From NCBI GenBank assembly GCA_903860135.1, contig CAIOPG010000017.1, positions 203,364-267,363 on the forward strand: DNA of 64,000 nucleotides. The letters run 5' to 3'. Source of the DNA: Candidatus Omnitrophota bacterium (GTDB lineage Bacteria; Omnitrophota; Gorgyraeia; Zapsychrales; Fredricksoniimonadaceae). Under the pieces are notes generated by a model, which had not been told where the DNA came from, did no database searches, and saw nothing but the letters and a program-made list of their open reading frames with translations. Position 1 is the stretch's first letter, and each line of letters starts with the position of its first letter. Shown piece after piece: positions 10,005 to 18,476 of this stretch. Made by a program: the position numbers and the translations under genes.

Positions 10005-10255
10005 CAGGGCTCCTTGAGGTCAGGATAATGCTGTTGCAGGCGCGCGACAATATCGGCCACATGAGCAATCCCGATAAAGTCCTTTTCCGCGATCGTGATA
10101 CTGAATTCATCCTCGAGGGCATTGATGATGATGAGCATGGCAAATGAATCGACCCCCAGGTCATGCCGCAGGTCCGTCGCGGGCGTGATCGTGGTCCGTT
10201 CTTTCCCTTCAAGATTCTTTTCAATGGTCCTGATGACCCTGTCTTGCAAGCTCAA
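10004..10255 (-). CDS. acyl carrier protein
   Basis: 83 aa acidic protein with LGVDSF phosphopantetheine-attachment-like motif; start overlaps AOS stop. Confidence 0.65.
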   Translation of the reverse strand: MSLQDRVIRTIEKNLEGKERTTITPATDLRHDLGVDSFAMLIIINALEDEFSITIAEKDFIGIAHVADIVARLQQHYPDLKEP

Positions 10256-10270
10256 GGGCGCCTCCTCTGG

Positions 10271-11491
10271 TTAAACATCCACCGCGCGATAACACCGCGT
10301 CGGCTGATGACTATCGGTCATGACCGCACACCTGTTACAGTTCAGGCATTTGGCTTTCCAGCCGTGATCCGCGATCAATTGATCAACGAGATCCGGTTCA
10401 CTGATAAACGGCCGCGACAAACCAACCATATCCGTTGCACCCCGTTCAACGGCAGTGGACATCTCTTGCCCTGTCCTGAAGCCACCAACAGAAATAATGG
10501 GGATCGCCGTGTGCTGTTTGGCCTGCCTGGCATAAGCCAGATTGTACATCGGAGAGAACAGCCTGATACCCGGCCTCATGAAGGGATAAAGCACATACCG
10601 GCGCCATAACCGCCCCAGGATCGATGCCGTCTTGTATTTCGGGTTATAGCGCCAGATGGCATCGAGCGGTACTGTCTGCCCCCTGAATATGTTCAAGGCC
10701 CGTTCCATGGTGCCACAACTGATCTCAATGGCATCCACCTTCATTTGATCAAGGAAACGCACCAAATGAATGAGCGGTGCCCCCTCCAAGCCATGCTGAG
10801 GCTGGTCATCGCCGCTGATCTTCACCCATAATGGAAAATCATGGCCACAGCGCTCCCTGACACGTTCAATGATCACTTTCAAAAACTGCGGCCCGATCCC
10901 GGTCTTGCGATCTATCCCAAAAATATCCCGACGGTCATTGATCGACGGCAAAAGGAATTGATGCACCAGATACCCATGCGCCGCATGGATCTGCACCCCA
11001 TCAAAACCTGCCTTTTGACATCTCAAAGCCGCTGTGGCAAAACCTTCTGCCAGCGCCCAGGCTTCGCTGGTTGTCAAGGCTTTCACCTTGACGCCAAAAT
11101 ACGCAGAACTCTGGCTGGATGCCCCGCGTGCCCAGCCACCCACGGCGCGGGCCGACGTCTGCCGCCCGCTATGCGCGATCTGCATGAGCACCTTGCCGCC
11201 ACGGGCATGGACCAGGCCGGTCATGGTTTTATACAGAGGGATCTTTGCGTCATCCTCGATCCCCGCCTGCCCCGGTTGCATCGCCCGCCCGCAAGGCGTG
11301 ACATACGCAAATCCCGTCAACAAAGCACCGATATGCTGCCCGGCCAAAGCCGCGTAAAGATCAAGGTATGCCTTTGTCGGCCGTCCGTCATCGTCGCACA
11401 GCCCTTCAAACGTCGCCGATCTCACGATCCGGTTCGCCAGGGTCAGGCGGCCTGTGGCCACGGGCTGAAAAAGTTTATCCATACGCCTCAT
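10271..11491 (-). CDS. NADH:flavin oxidoreductase, Old Yellow Enzyme family
   Basis: HAAHGYLVHQFL motif, TIM-barrel OYE signature, 406 aa. Confidence 0.75.
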   Translation of the reverse strand: MRRMDKLFQPVATGRLTLANRIVRSATFEGLCDDDGRPTKAYLDLYAALAGQHIGALLTGFAYVTPCGRAMQPGQAGIEDDAKIPLYKTMTGLVHARGGKVLMQIAHSGRQTSARAVGGWARGASSQSSAYFGVKVKALTTSEAWALAEGFATAALRCQKAGFDGVQIHAAHGYLVHQFLLPSINDRRDIFGIDRKTGIGPQFLKVIIERVRERCGHDFPLWVKISGDDQPQHGLEGAPLIHLVRFLDQMKVDAIEISCGTMERALNIFRGQTVPLDAIWRYNPKYKTASILGRLWRRYVLYPFMRPGIRLFSPMYNLAYARQAKQHTAIPIISVGGFRTGQEMSTAVERGATDMVGLSRPFISEPDLVDQLIADHGWKAKCLNCNRCAVMTDSHQPTRCYRAVDV

Positions 11492-12495
11492 GACCTCGGA
11501 TTGGCATGCAGGTCAAACAGGAAGCCTACCAGCATATACGACATGAGAAATAACCATAACGCCAGCTCGGGATTGAAGAAAGCCACGATCGTTGCCTCAC
11601 CGCAGACACACGCGCGGAAATTCATTTTCAACGACGCATAGGTCTTTTCTCCGGTAGCATGGCAATAGTAAAGGAACCCGGTCCAGGCCTGCATCAAAAT
11701 TGTCAAACAGCCTAGGATCACAAAAGTGCTGTTGATCGACACCTCGAGCATATGCGTGGCGCGCAAGATGAAAAATGTTACCGTCGGCAGGAATGTCGCA
11801 AAAAGCGCTATCAGGCGCGCCTTATTGATCCCGTAGCGGACAACAAGGGTTTCCTTCCCGGCCGCTTTATCCCCTTCATAATCCTTGAAATAGGTGTAGA
11901 ACGTCATCAGGCCGTTAATGATCAGGATAAGCAATAATGCGGAAGTACGGTGCGACGCCAGGAAGGATGCCTGGGTCGGGCCGCAGGCATAGAACCCGTA
12001 GAAAGGCGCCATGGTGATCATCAGCCCGAAAACAATATTACCAAGGATGCCATGCCCTTTGGCGTATTCATAAACAATGTTAAATATCACACCGGCCAAA
12101 AGAAAGATCACCGCCACCGGCTCCAGATACAACCACGTCACCGCCGCTGCAAGGATCAACATAACGATCGAAAGCCCCAGCGCCTTGTTGGCATCGAGTT
12201 CACCGGTCACCATGGGGCGTTCGGGCGCGTTGATCCTGTCCTCTTTAAGCCCCAGGTAATCATTGATGATCTGGTTGATCCCCCAGCTTAAAAACAGCAG
12301 GCACAGGATAACGATCTTCTTTTCATCACCAGGCAGAACTTCAATCGTCCTTTCCGGATGATGCCTGGCCAGCAATTCATAATAAGCCACGCCGATCCAC
12401 CCGGCTATCCCGGTCACAAAGGAATAATAAAGCCGCATTGATTTGATATATGCCGTGATGAACTTGATAAAGACCTCCCTGGTATCAGACCCCAT
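11488..12495 (-). CDS. UbiA-family aromatic/lipid prenyltransferase (integral membrane)
   Basis: Polytopic; first Asp-rich motif NDYLGLKED and second DYEGDKAAGKET (DxxxD...G..T) typical of UbiA superfamily. Confidence 0.65.
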   Translation of the reverse strand: MGSDTREVFIKFITAYIKSMRLYYSFVTGIAGWIGVAYYELLARHHPERTIEVLPGDEKKIVILCLLFLSWGINQIINDYLGLKEDRINAPERPMVTGELDANKALGLSIVMLILAAAVTWLYLEPVAVIFLLAGVIFNIVYEYAKGHGILGNIVFGLMITMAPFYGFYACGPTQASFLASHRTSALLLILIINGLMTFYTYFKDYEGDKAAGKETLVVRYGINKARLIALFATFLPTVTFFILRATHMLEVSINSTFVILGCLTILMQAWTGFLYYCHATGEKTYASLKMNFRACVCGEATIVAFFNPELALWLFLMSYMLVGFLFDLHANPRS

Positions 12496-12505
12496 CGTTA
12501 TAGAA

Positions 12506-12997
12506 TCAAGCCTTCAACCCATGGAACCACGTGTGCATCATGCCCGCCAGGGCCTTTTGCTCTGACGAAGAGATCTTGCCCATCAAATGTTCAACGGTCT
12601 TGATATACCCCGGCCAGGCGTCATCAAGCAGGCGCGACCCGCGCGCGGAGACCCGGATCACCTTGACCCGCTTGTCGCCGGAACGCGACGAACGCTCGAT
12701 CAATTTCTCACGCTCCAGTTTGTCCAGCAGGCGCGTCATGTTCGACGCTGTGACCATGAGCCGCTTGCCGATATCACACTGACTCAACCCGACATCCCCG
12801 CCCTGATGCTTGATGATCATCAGCACATTCATCTTCGCCGGCGTCAGGTCAAAGGTGTCCAGGTATTTCGAGACCTTGTCGAACAGGACGGTATACACCA
12901 GCACCAGCCCGTAAAAAGCTTCCTCGTAATACTGCCCCTTGCCCGCCTTGATCCCGAAAGCTTCCAGATAATCCATAGCCCCCTCCATGTCTGGCAT
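12506..12997 (-). CDS. MarR family transcriptional regulator (longest ORF extends to 13144 but overlaps miaB; likely start at MPDM/MEGAM)
   Basis: Winged-helix MarR core (LSQCDIGKRLMVTASNMTRLLDKLEREKLIER...DKRVKVIRVSARG). Confidence 0.7.
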   Translation of the reverse strand: MPDMEGAMDYLEAFGIKAGKGQYYEEAFYGLVLVYTVLFDKVSKYLDTFDLTPAKMNVLMIIKHQGGDVGLSQCDIGKRLMVTASNMTRLLDKLEREKLIERSSRSGDKRVKVIRVSARGSRLLDDAWPGYIKTVEHLMGKISSSEQKALAGMMHTWFHGLKA

Positions 12998-13028
12998 AAC
13001 AATATCACAACTTAGTTGATATGTCAAC
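12986..13028 (-). promoter_or_regulatory. candidate sigma70-like promoter (TTGACA-N17-TATTGT) with imperfect inverted repeat TATCAAC..GTTGTGATA (putative MarR operator) immediately at marR start
   Basis: Read on minus strand at miaB/marR junction: TTGACATATCAACTAAGTTGTGATATTGTTATG. Confidence 0.3.
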
Positions 13029-14348
13029 AATCTCGCCTTTGAGCTGATGCGGGGTGGCGCGGGTGATGCGGGCGTTGAGGATATCTCCGGGTTGGGCGAT
13101 GCCGTGCGGCAGGACAACGATCTTGTTGGCGTCATTGCGGCCATAAAGGGCGTTGGCCTTGATATCCCGCGCGCTTTCGATCATGACAGGCTGTATCCGG
13201 CCAACAAGAGCTTTGTTTTTCTGAAGGGAAATATCGGTCTGGAGCCGGTTGATCCGCACGATGCGCGCGGTCTTTTGAGCTTCGGTAACATCATCCTTGA
13301 GCGTTCGCTCGGCCTCGGTGTTGGGCCTGACGGAATATTTAAACATGAACGCCGTATCAAACTGAACCTCGTGCATGAGGCGGACCGTATCTTCGAACTC
13401 GATATCTGTTTCCGTCGGAAATCCAACGATAATATCCGTCGATAAGGCGATGTCCGGGCATGCACGGCGCAAGCGTCCGACCAAAGAAATAAAATCAGCC
13501 CCCGTATAGTGCCGATTCATCAGGGCCAGGACCCGGTCATGACCCGCCTGCAGAGGTAAATGCACCTGTTTGCAAACTTTCGGATTTTCAGCAAGGACAC
13601 GGATCAGGCTGTCCGGAAAATCCTTGGGATGCGGCGATGTAAAACGGATACGCTCGATGCCCTTGACCGTTGATACAGCGCTCAGCAAAGCGGCAAAATC
13701 CTGATCTTCATGCTGATAAGAATTCACATTCTGCCCGAGCAAGGTCACCTGTTTGAAGCCTTCATCGGCCAGGCGCTTCACCTCGTCGAGAATATTGCTC
13801 ACCGACCGACTGCGTTCACGCCCGCGGGTAAAAGGCACAATGCAGAATGAACAGAAATTGTTGCACCCGCGCATGACCGCCACCCAGGCATTGATCCCTG
13901 AAGTGCGCGCCGGGTACACATCCGCATAGGTCTCAAATTCCGACAAGGTCACATCATAGCCGGAATGTTGATCGCGGGCATGGCCCGATTGACACCCCGC
14001 CGCCAGCGCCGACGCCAATAGTCCAGGCAACCGTTTATAACTGTCCGGCCCGGCCACCACATCGAGCGCCAGCGCCTTATCCTCGATCAACTCCTTGCGC
14101 AACCCCGTCGCCATGCACCCCAGGATCCCGATCACCACCGGCCGCCCCTGACGCCGGTGACGGATCTCATGCACATGCCCATACACCTTACGGTGCGCAT
14201 TCTCCCGCACCGAGCACGTATTCAAAAGGACAATATCCGCCGCCGCCTCATCATCCACAAACACATACCCCGCCTCAATAAGGATCGCCCTCACGAGCTC
14301 GGAATCGTATTCGTTCATTTGGCACCCGAAAGTCTGTAAAAATATCAT
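13005..14348 (-). CDS. miaB: tRNA-2-methylthio-N6-dimethylallyladenosine synthase MiaB
   Basis: MIFLQTFGCQMNEYDSE N-terminal MTTase domain, CNNFCSFC radical SAM motif, TRAM C-terminus. Confidence 0.85.
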   Translation of the reverse strand: MIFLQTFGCQMNEYDSELVRAILIEAGYVFVDDEAAADIVLLNTCSVRENAHRKVYGHVHEIRHRRQGRPVVIGILGCMATGLRKELIEDKALALDVVAGPDSYKRLPGLLASALAAGCQSGHARDQHSGYDVTLSEFETYADVYPARTSGINAWVAVMRGCNNFCSFCIVPFTRGRERSRSVSNILDEVKRLADEGFKQVTLLGQNVNSYQHEDQDFAALLSAVSTVKGIERIRFTSPHPKDFPDSLIRVLAENPKVCKQVHLPLQAGHDRVLALMNRHYTGADFISLVGRLRRACPDIALSTDIIVGFPTETDIEFEDTVRLMHEVQFDTAFMFKYSVRPNTEAERTLKDDVTEAQKTARIVRINRLQTDISLQKNKALVGRIQPVMIESARDIKANALYGRNDANKIVVLPHGIAQPGDILNARITRATPHQLKGEIVDISTKL

Positions 14349-14406
14349 CTTAATGCCCCACTGTTATACAGAAATATAAGACTGTTAAATGCATCGCAAC
14401 CTATAT

Positions 14407-15078
14407 TCATCTCAATTCATCAACAGAAAATTCCTTCCCATGAGATGGAAATAATATTTTCGCCCCGCTACTGATAATCCTTGCCCAGCTTTCTTTTACG
14501 ACAATGTAATCTTCAGCCTCGATCGGGTACGGCTTAACACCGAATATGTTCATGGCGGCATCTCCGCAATAAGCTTTACCGTCATCCGTAATCAATGTTA
14601 TAGAATCTGCGCTGTGCCCGGGTGTATCGACAATCACACCATTAATACCGATCTCTTTCAAAACCTCTCTGCCGTCATCCCCAATCACGATATCCGTGTC
14701 ATTTGTAAATATAGGTGAATACGAAATCCTAATGAACAACCTCAGTGCTCTATCGAGCAACTTCAAAGAAAGATTGTACTGTTTAGTCTTTGCTATCTCC
14801 GTGTTTCCATTCTTCAATAAATCTACCTGTTTCTTATGCAATATCAATTTTGCGCCCATTATCGTTCGCAATTCGTTCACAAGCGCGGCATGGTCATGGT
14901 GATGGTGTGTGACCATTATATAGTTAACTTCCCTCGGATCTATACCAGCCTCATACATCTTTCTTAAAAACACGCTCATCTTGCCGTTCCACCCGGCATC
15001 TATCAACAAATATCCACCCTTTGCCCGCAAAAGGTAATAATTGGTATCACTATATCGTATCGTTTTGTGCTCACCCAT
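14407..15078 (-). CDS. MBL-fold metallo-hydrolase
   Basis: VTHHHHDH metal-binding motif, 223 aa. Confidence 0.7.
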   Translation of the reverse strand: MGEHKTIRYSDTNYYLLRAKGGYLLIDAGWNGKMSVFLRKMYEAGIDPREVNYIMVTHHHHDHAALVNELRTIMGAKLILHKKQVDLLKNGNTEIAKTKQYNLSLKLLDRALRLFIRISYSPIFTNDTDIVIGDDGREVLKEIGINGVIVDTPGHSADSITLITDDGKAYCGDAAMNIFGVKPYPIEAEDYIVVKESWARIISSGAKILFPSHGKEFSVDELR

Positions 15079-15134
15079 AATTCATTTCCGAAATTATTGC
15101 TCGTCCATCGGTTATAATTAACGGGACACAATAC

Positions 15135-15413
15135 TTATTTCCCCATCCGCCATTTGGCTGGCTTCCCCTTGCCAAGACAAACGATCTTCTTTTCAGCCTT
15201 GAGTGTCCGGAAGACTTTACGGATCATATCAGGATCGATGCCGGAACACGCCCCCCTAACTTCAGTCATCGAAAAATCACCCTGCTGTTTCAGGATCACA
15301 TCCCGAACGATTTCGGTTTTTGCCCCTCTGCGAACAGACAACTCTCCCGCCCGTTCACTGAACTCTTTATACGCTGTCAAAACAGTCACAAGAAAATAAT
15401 GCACCCACGGCAT
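15135..15413 (-). CDS. hypothetical protein (92 aa)
   Basis: ORF only; basic C-terminus; no recognisable motif. Confidence 0.25.
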   Translation of the reverse strand: MPWVHYFLVTVLTAYKEFSERAGELSVRRGAKTEIVRDVILKQQGDFSMTEVRGACSGIDPDMIRKVFRTLKAEKKIVCLGKGKPAKWRMGK

Positions 15414-15530
15414 GACATTGTGACGGCTCTCATGCTATTGACGGGAACTTATATTTAGAGTTTTATCAATAATAGTGTCAGTTCTCGACTACCCGATGCC
15501 TTGCAGGCACTTGACTAATAATTCCCCATG

Positions 15531-16526
15531 TCAATTCAATTTATTGATCAAATTCACAACCAGCGCCGCTATAACATCTTTTTCCTTTGCCTGACTCTCG
15601 GCGATCAGAAGTGTTATCGCGACCAGCGCATTATCCGCGATGCGCTTGCCCCCGTCAGCCTTGTACAGTATCCTGTTCCGATCAAGGAACCACACGAACA
15701 GGGCGGCCGCAATGCGCTTATTGCCGTCAGAAAATGCATGGTTCTTAACGACCAGATAAAGCAAATTGGCCGCCTTTTCTTCCACGCTGGAATAAAGATC
15801 TTTCCCGCCGAAGGTCTGGTAAACAGCACCCAGGGCACTCTTAAAGGAGGCGTCTTTCTCATTGCCGAACAAGCCGCTGACCCCAAATTTCTGCCGCATC
15901 TGGTCGATCACCCTTAAGCCTTCTTCATAGGTCAACTGATAGCACTCTTTAGCGGTAGACGACTTGATCCGGGTCCGCCCGTGATCATAATCATCCAGAA
16001 CATCCAGGCCATAACTGTAATCACGAATGACCTCGAACAACCCTTTAGCTTCATCGCTAGTCAAAGCCTTGCGCTCGCTCACATCCGCCAGCAATTTCAC
16101 TGCCTGCTGAAGGGTCTTTAGACTGGCCGTATGTTCTTTAAGCCTCTTATCATTGATCGTATACCCCTGAATCAAATGCTGCTTCAAGACATTCGTGGCC
16201 CAGATGCGAAATTGTGTCCCGCGCTTTGATTTAACCCGGTAACCAACAGAGATGATAACGTCCAAGTTATAAAAGACGGTCTCGTACGCTTTACCGTCGC
16301 TAGCAGTTATCCGGAAATTCCGGATAACTGACGACTTAACGAGCTCTTTTTCTTTAAAAATGTTCCCAATGTGCTCATTAATGGTGCGTAGATCTTTACT
16401 AAAAAGCTCTGCCATTTGCTTTTGAGAGAGCCAAACAGTTTCATCCTGTAACTTTACCTCAACAGAAACACCTACCCCCTGCTGGCGAAAAACAATCAAA
16501 TCTGTCTTTTTTACTTTATCATCCAT
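15531..16526 (-). CDS. RhuM-family / Fic-Doc domain fusion protein (Doc-like toxin domain)
   Basis: N-terminal RhuM-like region (YNLDVIISVGYRVKSKRGTQFRIWAT); C-terminal HAFSDGNKR Fic/Doc motif. Confidence 0.7.
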   Translation of the reverse strand: MDDKVKKTDLIVFRQQGVGVSVEVKLQDETVWLSQKQMAELFSKDLRTINEHIGNIFKEKELVKSSVIRNFRITASDGKAYETVFYNLDVIISVGYRVKSKRGTQFRIWATNVLKQHLIQGYTINDKRLKEHTASLKTLQQAVKLLADVSERKALTSDEAKGLFEVIRDYSYGLDVLDDYDHGRTRIKSSTAKECYQLTYEEGLRVIDQMRQKFGVSGLFGNEKDASFKSALGAVYQTFGGKDLYSSVEEKAANLLYLVVKNHAFSDGNKRIAAALFVWFLDRNRILYKADGGKRIADNALVAITLLIAESQAKEKDVIAALVVNLINKLN

Positions 16527-16554
16527 AAATTATCTCCAAAATCCTCAATATCAT

Positions 16555-16590
16555 CGTGCGTATCTTGCACATACGGTCAACCGTAGGTAG
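16555..16590. repeat. partial copy of recurring intergenic motif (TACGGTYGACCG..GTGCA..ATCTTA on coding strand) upstream of Fic/Doc gene
   Basis: Aligns to copies at 18115-18157 and 22851-22894. Confidence 0.45.
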
Positions 16591-16690
16591 TAATATGTAC
16601 GACTTTCCCGAACTCTTTGGAATTAATTGACTTATGTTGCATTTCAACTTGTCCTTCACTAATCCAATGGACTGTTACTACGACAGAAAT

Positions 16691-18055
16691 CTATCTATCC
16701 CTGCGTGATGCTCTCTTTAACGCCTCAACAAATCTTGGATTTATATCTCTGCCCAATGATTCAGCCTTGTGCAAATCATCCCACGCCTCATCATATTCTT
16801 TTTTCAAATAAAATGCTGACGACCGATTAATAAACGCTTCAGAAAAATTAGGGTTTAATTGAATGGCCTTATTGAAGTCCAAAATGGCCTGGTCAATATC
16901 GCCTTTGTTTAAATACCCGAACCCTCGATTATGGTAAGCATTGGCATCACGGGGGTTTAATTCTATAGCTTTGTTATAGTCGGAAATGGCTCGACCGTGG
17001 TCATTACTGCTTTGATAGCACACTCCTCGATTATAGTAAACCAGCGCATCAGCAGGGTTTAGTGCAATAGCCCGATTATAGTCAGAAATAGCTCGATCAA
17101 AGTTGCCTATATTTTGATAAACAAGCCCTCGATTATTGAAAGCATCCGCGTCATTAGGATTTAATTCTATAGCTCTACTATAGTCGGAAACGGCTTGGTC
17201 AAGGTTGCTCATTTTTTGATAGACCGCTCCTCGAGCGTAATAGGCATTGGCCAAATTAGGATTTAATCCGACAGCCTTATTAAAATCAGCAATGGCCTGC
17301 TCAAAGTTCCCTTTTTCCGAGTAAGCGTTACCTCGATTAGCAAACACGTCAGCATTATCTGGCTCTAATTCTATGACCTTGCTGTAATCCGAAATGGCCA
17401 GGTCAAAATTGCCCTGAGCTTTATAAACAAGCCCTCGATGATGGTAGACTAGTGCATCTTTAGGATTTAGCTCTATGGCCTTGCTATAGTCAGAAATCGC
17501 CTGAGCATCGTCACCCTTCTTGCCATAAACAAACCCCCTATTAGCATAGGCAATAGCATAATCAGGGGCTAATTCTATAGCTTTGCTATAGTCCAATAGA
17601 GCTTGGTCAAAGTTACCTTTCTTCTTGTAGAAAACACCGCGACTGTTATAGGCATCTGCGTAAGCAGGATCTAATTCTATGGCTTTACTATATTCTGCCA
17701 TAGCCCCGTCAAAGTTTTGTTTTTCCTCATATTCCAGCCCCCTATCATGCGCTTCCTTTGCAGCTTGCCGGTCATTTGAAGAAGTATTGACTGTGGGCCC
17801 TGAAACCTCTAAGATTTTTTGCTCAACCACAACCGTCTTATTGGGCAAAGCTCTCAGTGTTTCAGCCTGATCTTTTCTAATCATGCTAAAAGGAATTGTC
17901 ACTGTTTTGCCGTTGACGTCTTTGAGAGTGACATCGCTATCTGTCTTCTCAAGGATTTCGCCCTTTTTTACAACACCTGACTTTAACTGGACATCTTCAG
18001 GGAAGGCAAGGCCCGAAACCGTCAGGAACGCAGCCAACAGAATAACCTTCTTCAT
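16691..18055 (-). CDS. secreted tetratricopeptide-repeat protein
   Basis: Signal peptide MKKVILLAAFLTVSGLA; >10 TPR units with recurring AIELNP/AY.NRG motifs. Confidence 0.75.
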   Translation of the reverse strand: MKKVILLAAFLTVSGLAFPEDVQLKSGVVKKGEILEKTDSDVTLKDVNGKTVTIPFSMIRKDQAETLRALPNKTVVVEQKILEVSGPTVNTSSNDRQAAKEAHDRGLEYEEKQNFDGAMAEYSKAIELDPAYADAYNSRGVFYKKKGNFDQALLDYSKAIELAPDYAIAYANRGFVYGKKGDDAQAISDYSKAIELNPKDALVYHHRGLVYKAQGNFDLAISDYSKVIELEPDNADVFANRGNAYSEKGNFEQAIADFNKAVGLNPNLANAYYARGAVYQKMSNLDQAVSDYSRAIELNPNDADAFNNRGLVYQNIGNFDRAISDYNRAIALNPADALVYYNRGVCYQSSNDHGRAISDYNKAIELNPRDANAYHNRGFGYLNKGDIDQAILDFNKAIQLNPNFSEAFINRSSAFYLKKEYDEAWDDLHKAESLGRDINPRFVEALKRASRRDR

Positions 18056-18063
18056 TTACTCAC

Positions 18064-18122
18064 TCCAATCAATCGACATTGTTAAGCCCGTAAATCCGTC
18101 TCAAGAATACTCCAAAAGCCGT
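18064..18122. repeat. ~58 bp 5' leader/RBS segment of TPR gene, duplicated in degenerate form at 18394-18450
   Basis: Two aligned intergenic segments (~65% identity); second copy followed on minus strand by GGGGAAATGAAGAAACTTTATTAG (MKKLY-stop) mimicking the TPR gene start MKKVILL. Confidence 0.4.
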
Positions 18123-18157
18123 AAGATAGTGCACCCATCGGTCAGCCGTAGGTTGCT
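18115..18157. repeat. recurring ~42 bp intergenic motif, copy B (aaagccgtaagatagtgcacccatcggtcagccgtaggttgc)
   Basis: 37/42 identical to copy at 22851-22894; ~60 bp upstream of TPR gene start. Confidence 0.55.
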
Positions 18158-18476
18158 GGGAAGACTTTCTTATTCACAATTACTCTACCCATGAGCAGTT
18201 ACATCAAAATATTTTCCTTATATGACATTTTAAATACCCTAAGAACCATACTCGTTGATCGGCACGTGTTCAAAAGGCCACACAATTTATTATCTACATG
18301 CCTGCGTACATCCACCATCACAAACCTTCTTGTATAACCTATCCGCCTCGGAGAAATTCCTTTCTTTTGCTAATAAAGTTTCTTCATTTCCCCTTCAATC
18401 ACTCGACAATGTCAGACCAGTAAATCCTCTTCAAAAACGCGAAAATCGGGACACACTATTATTTCTATCTTGCCCC

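Noticed and set aside
13005-13144. N-terminal 49-aa extension of MarR overlapping the end of miaB
   Set aside because: It is a low-complexity S/P/A-rich translation and an artefact of taking the longest ORF. The winged-helix domain begins after the internal Met.
18115-18157. Possible sigma54 (-24 GG / -12 GC) promoter within the recurring motif (TGGGTGCAC...TTACGG)
   Set aside because: Spacing and the -12 element (TTGCW) do not match in any of the three copies.
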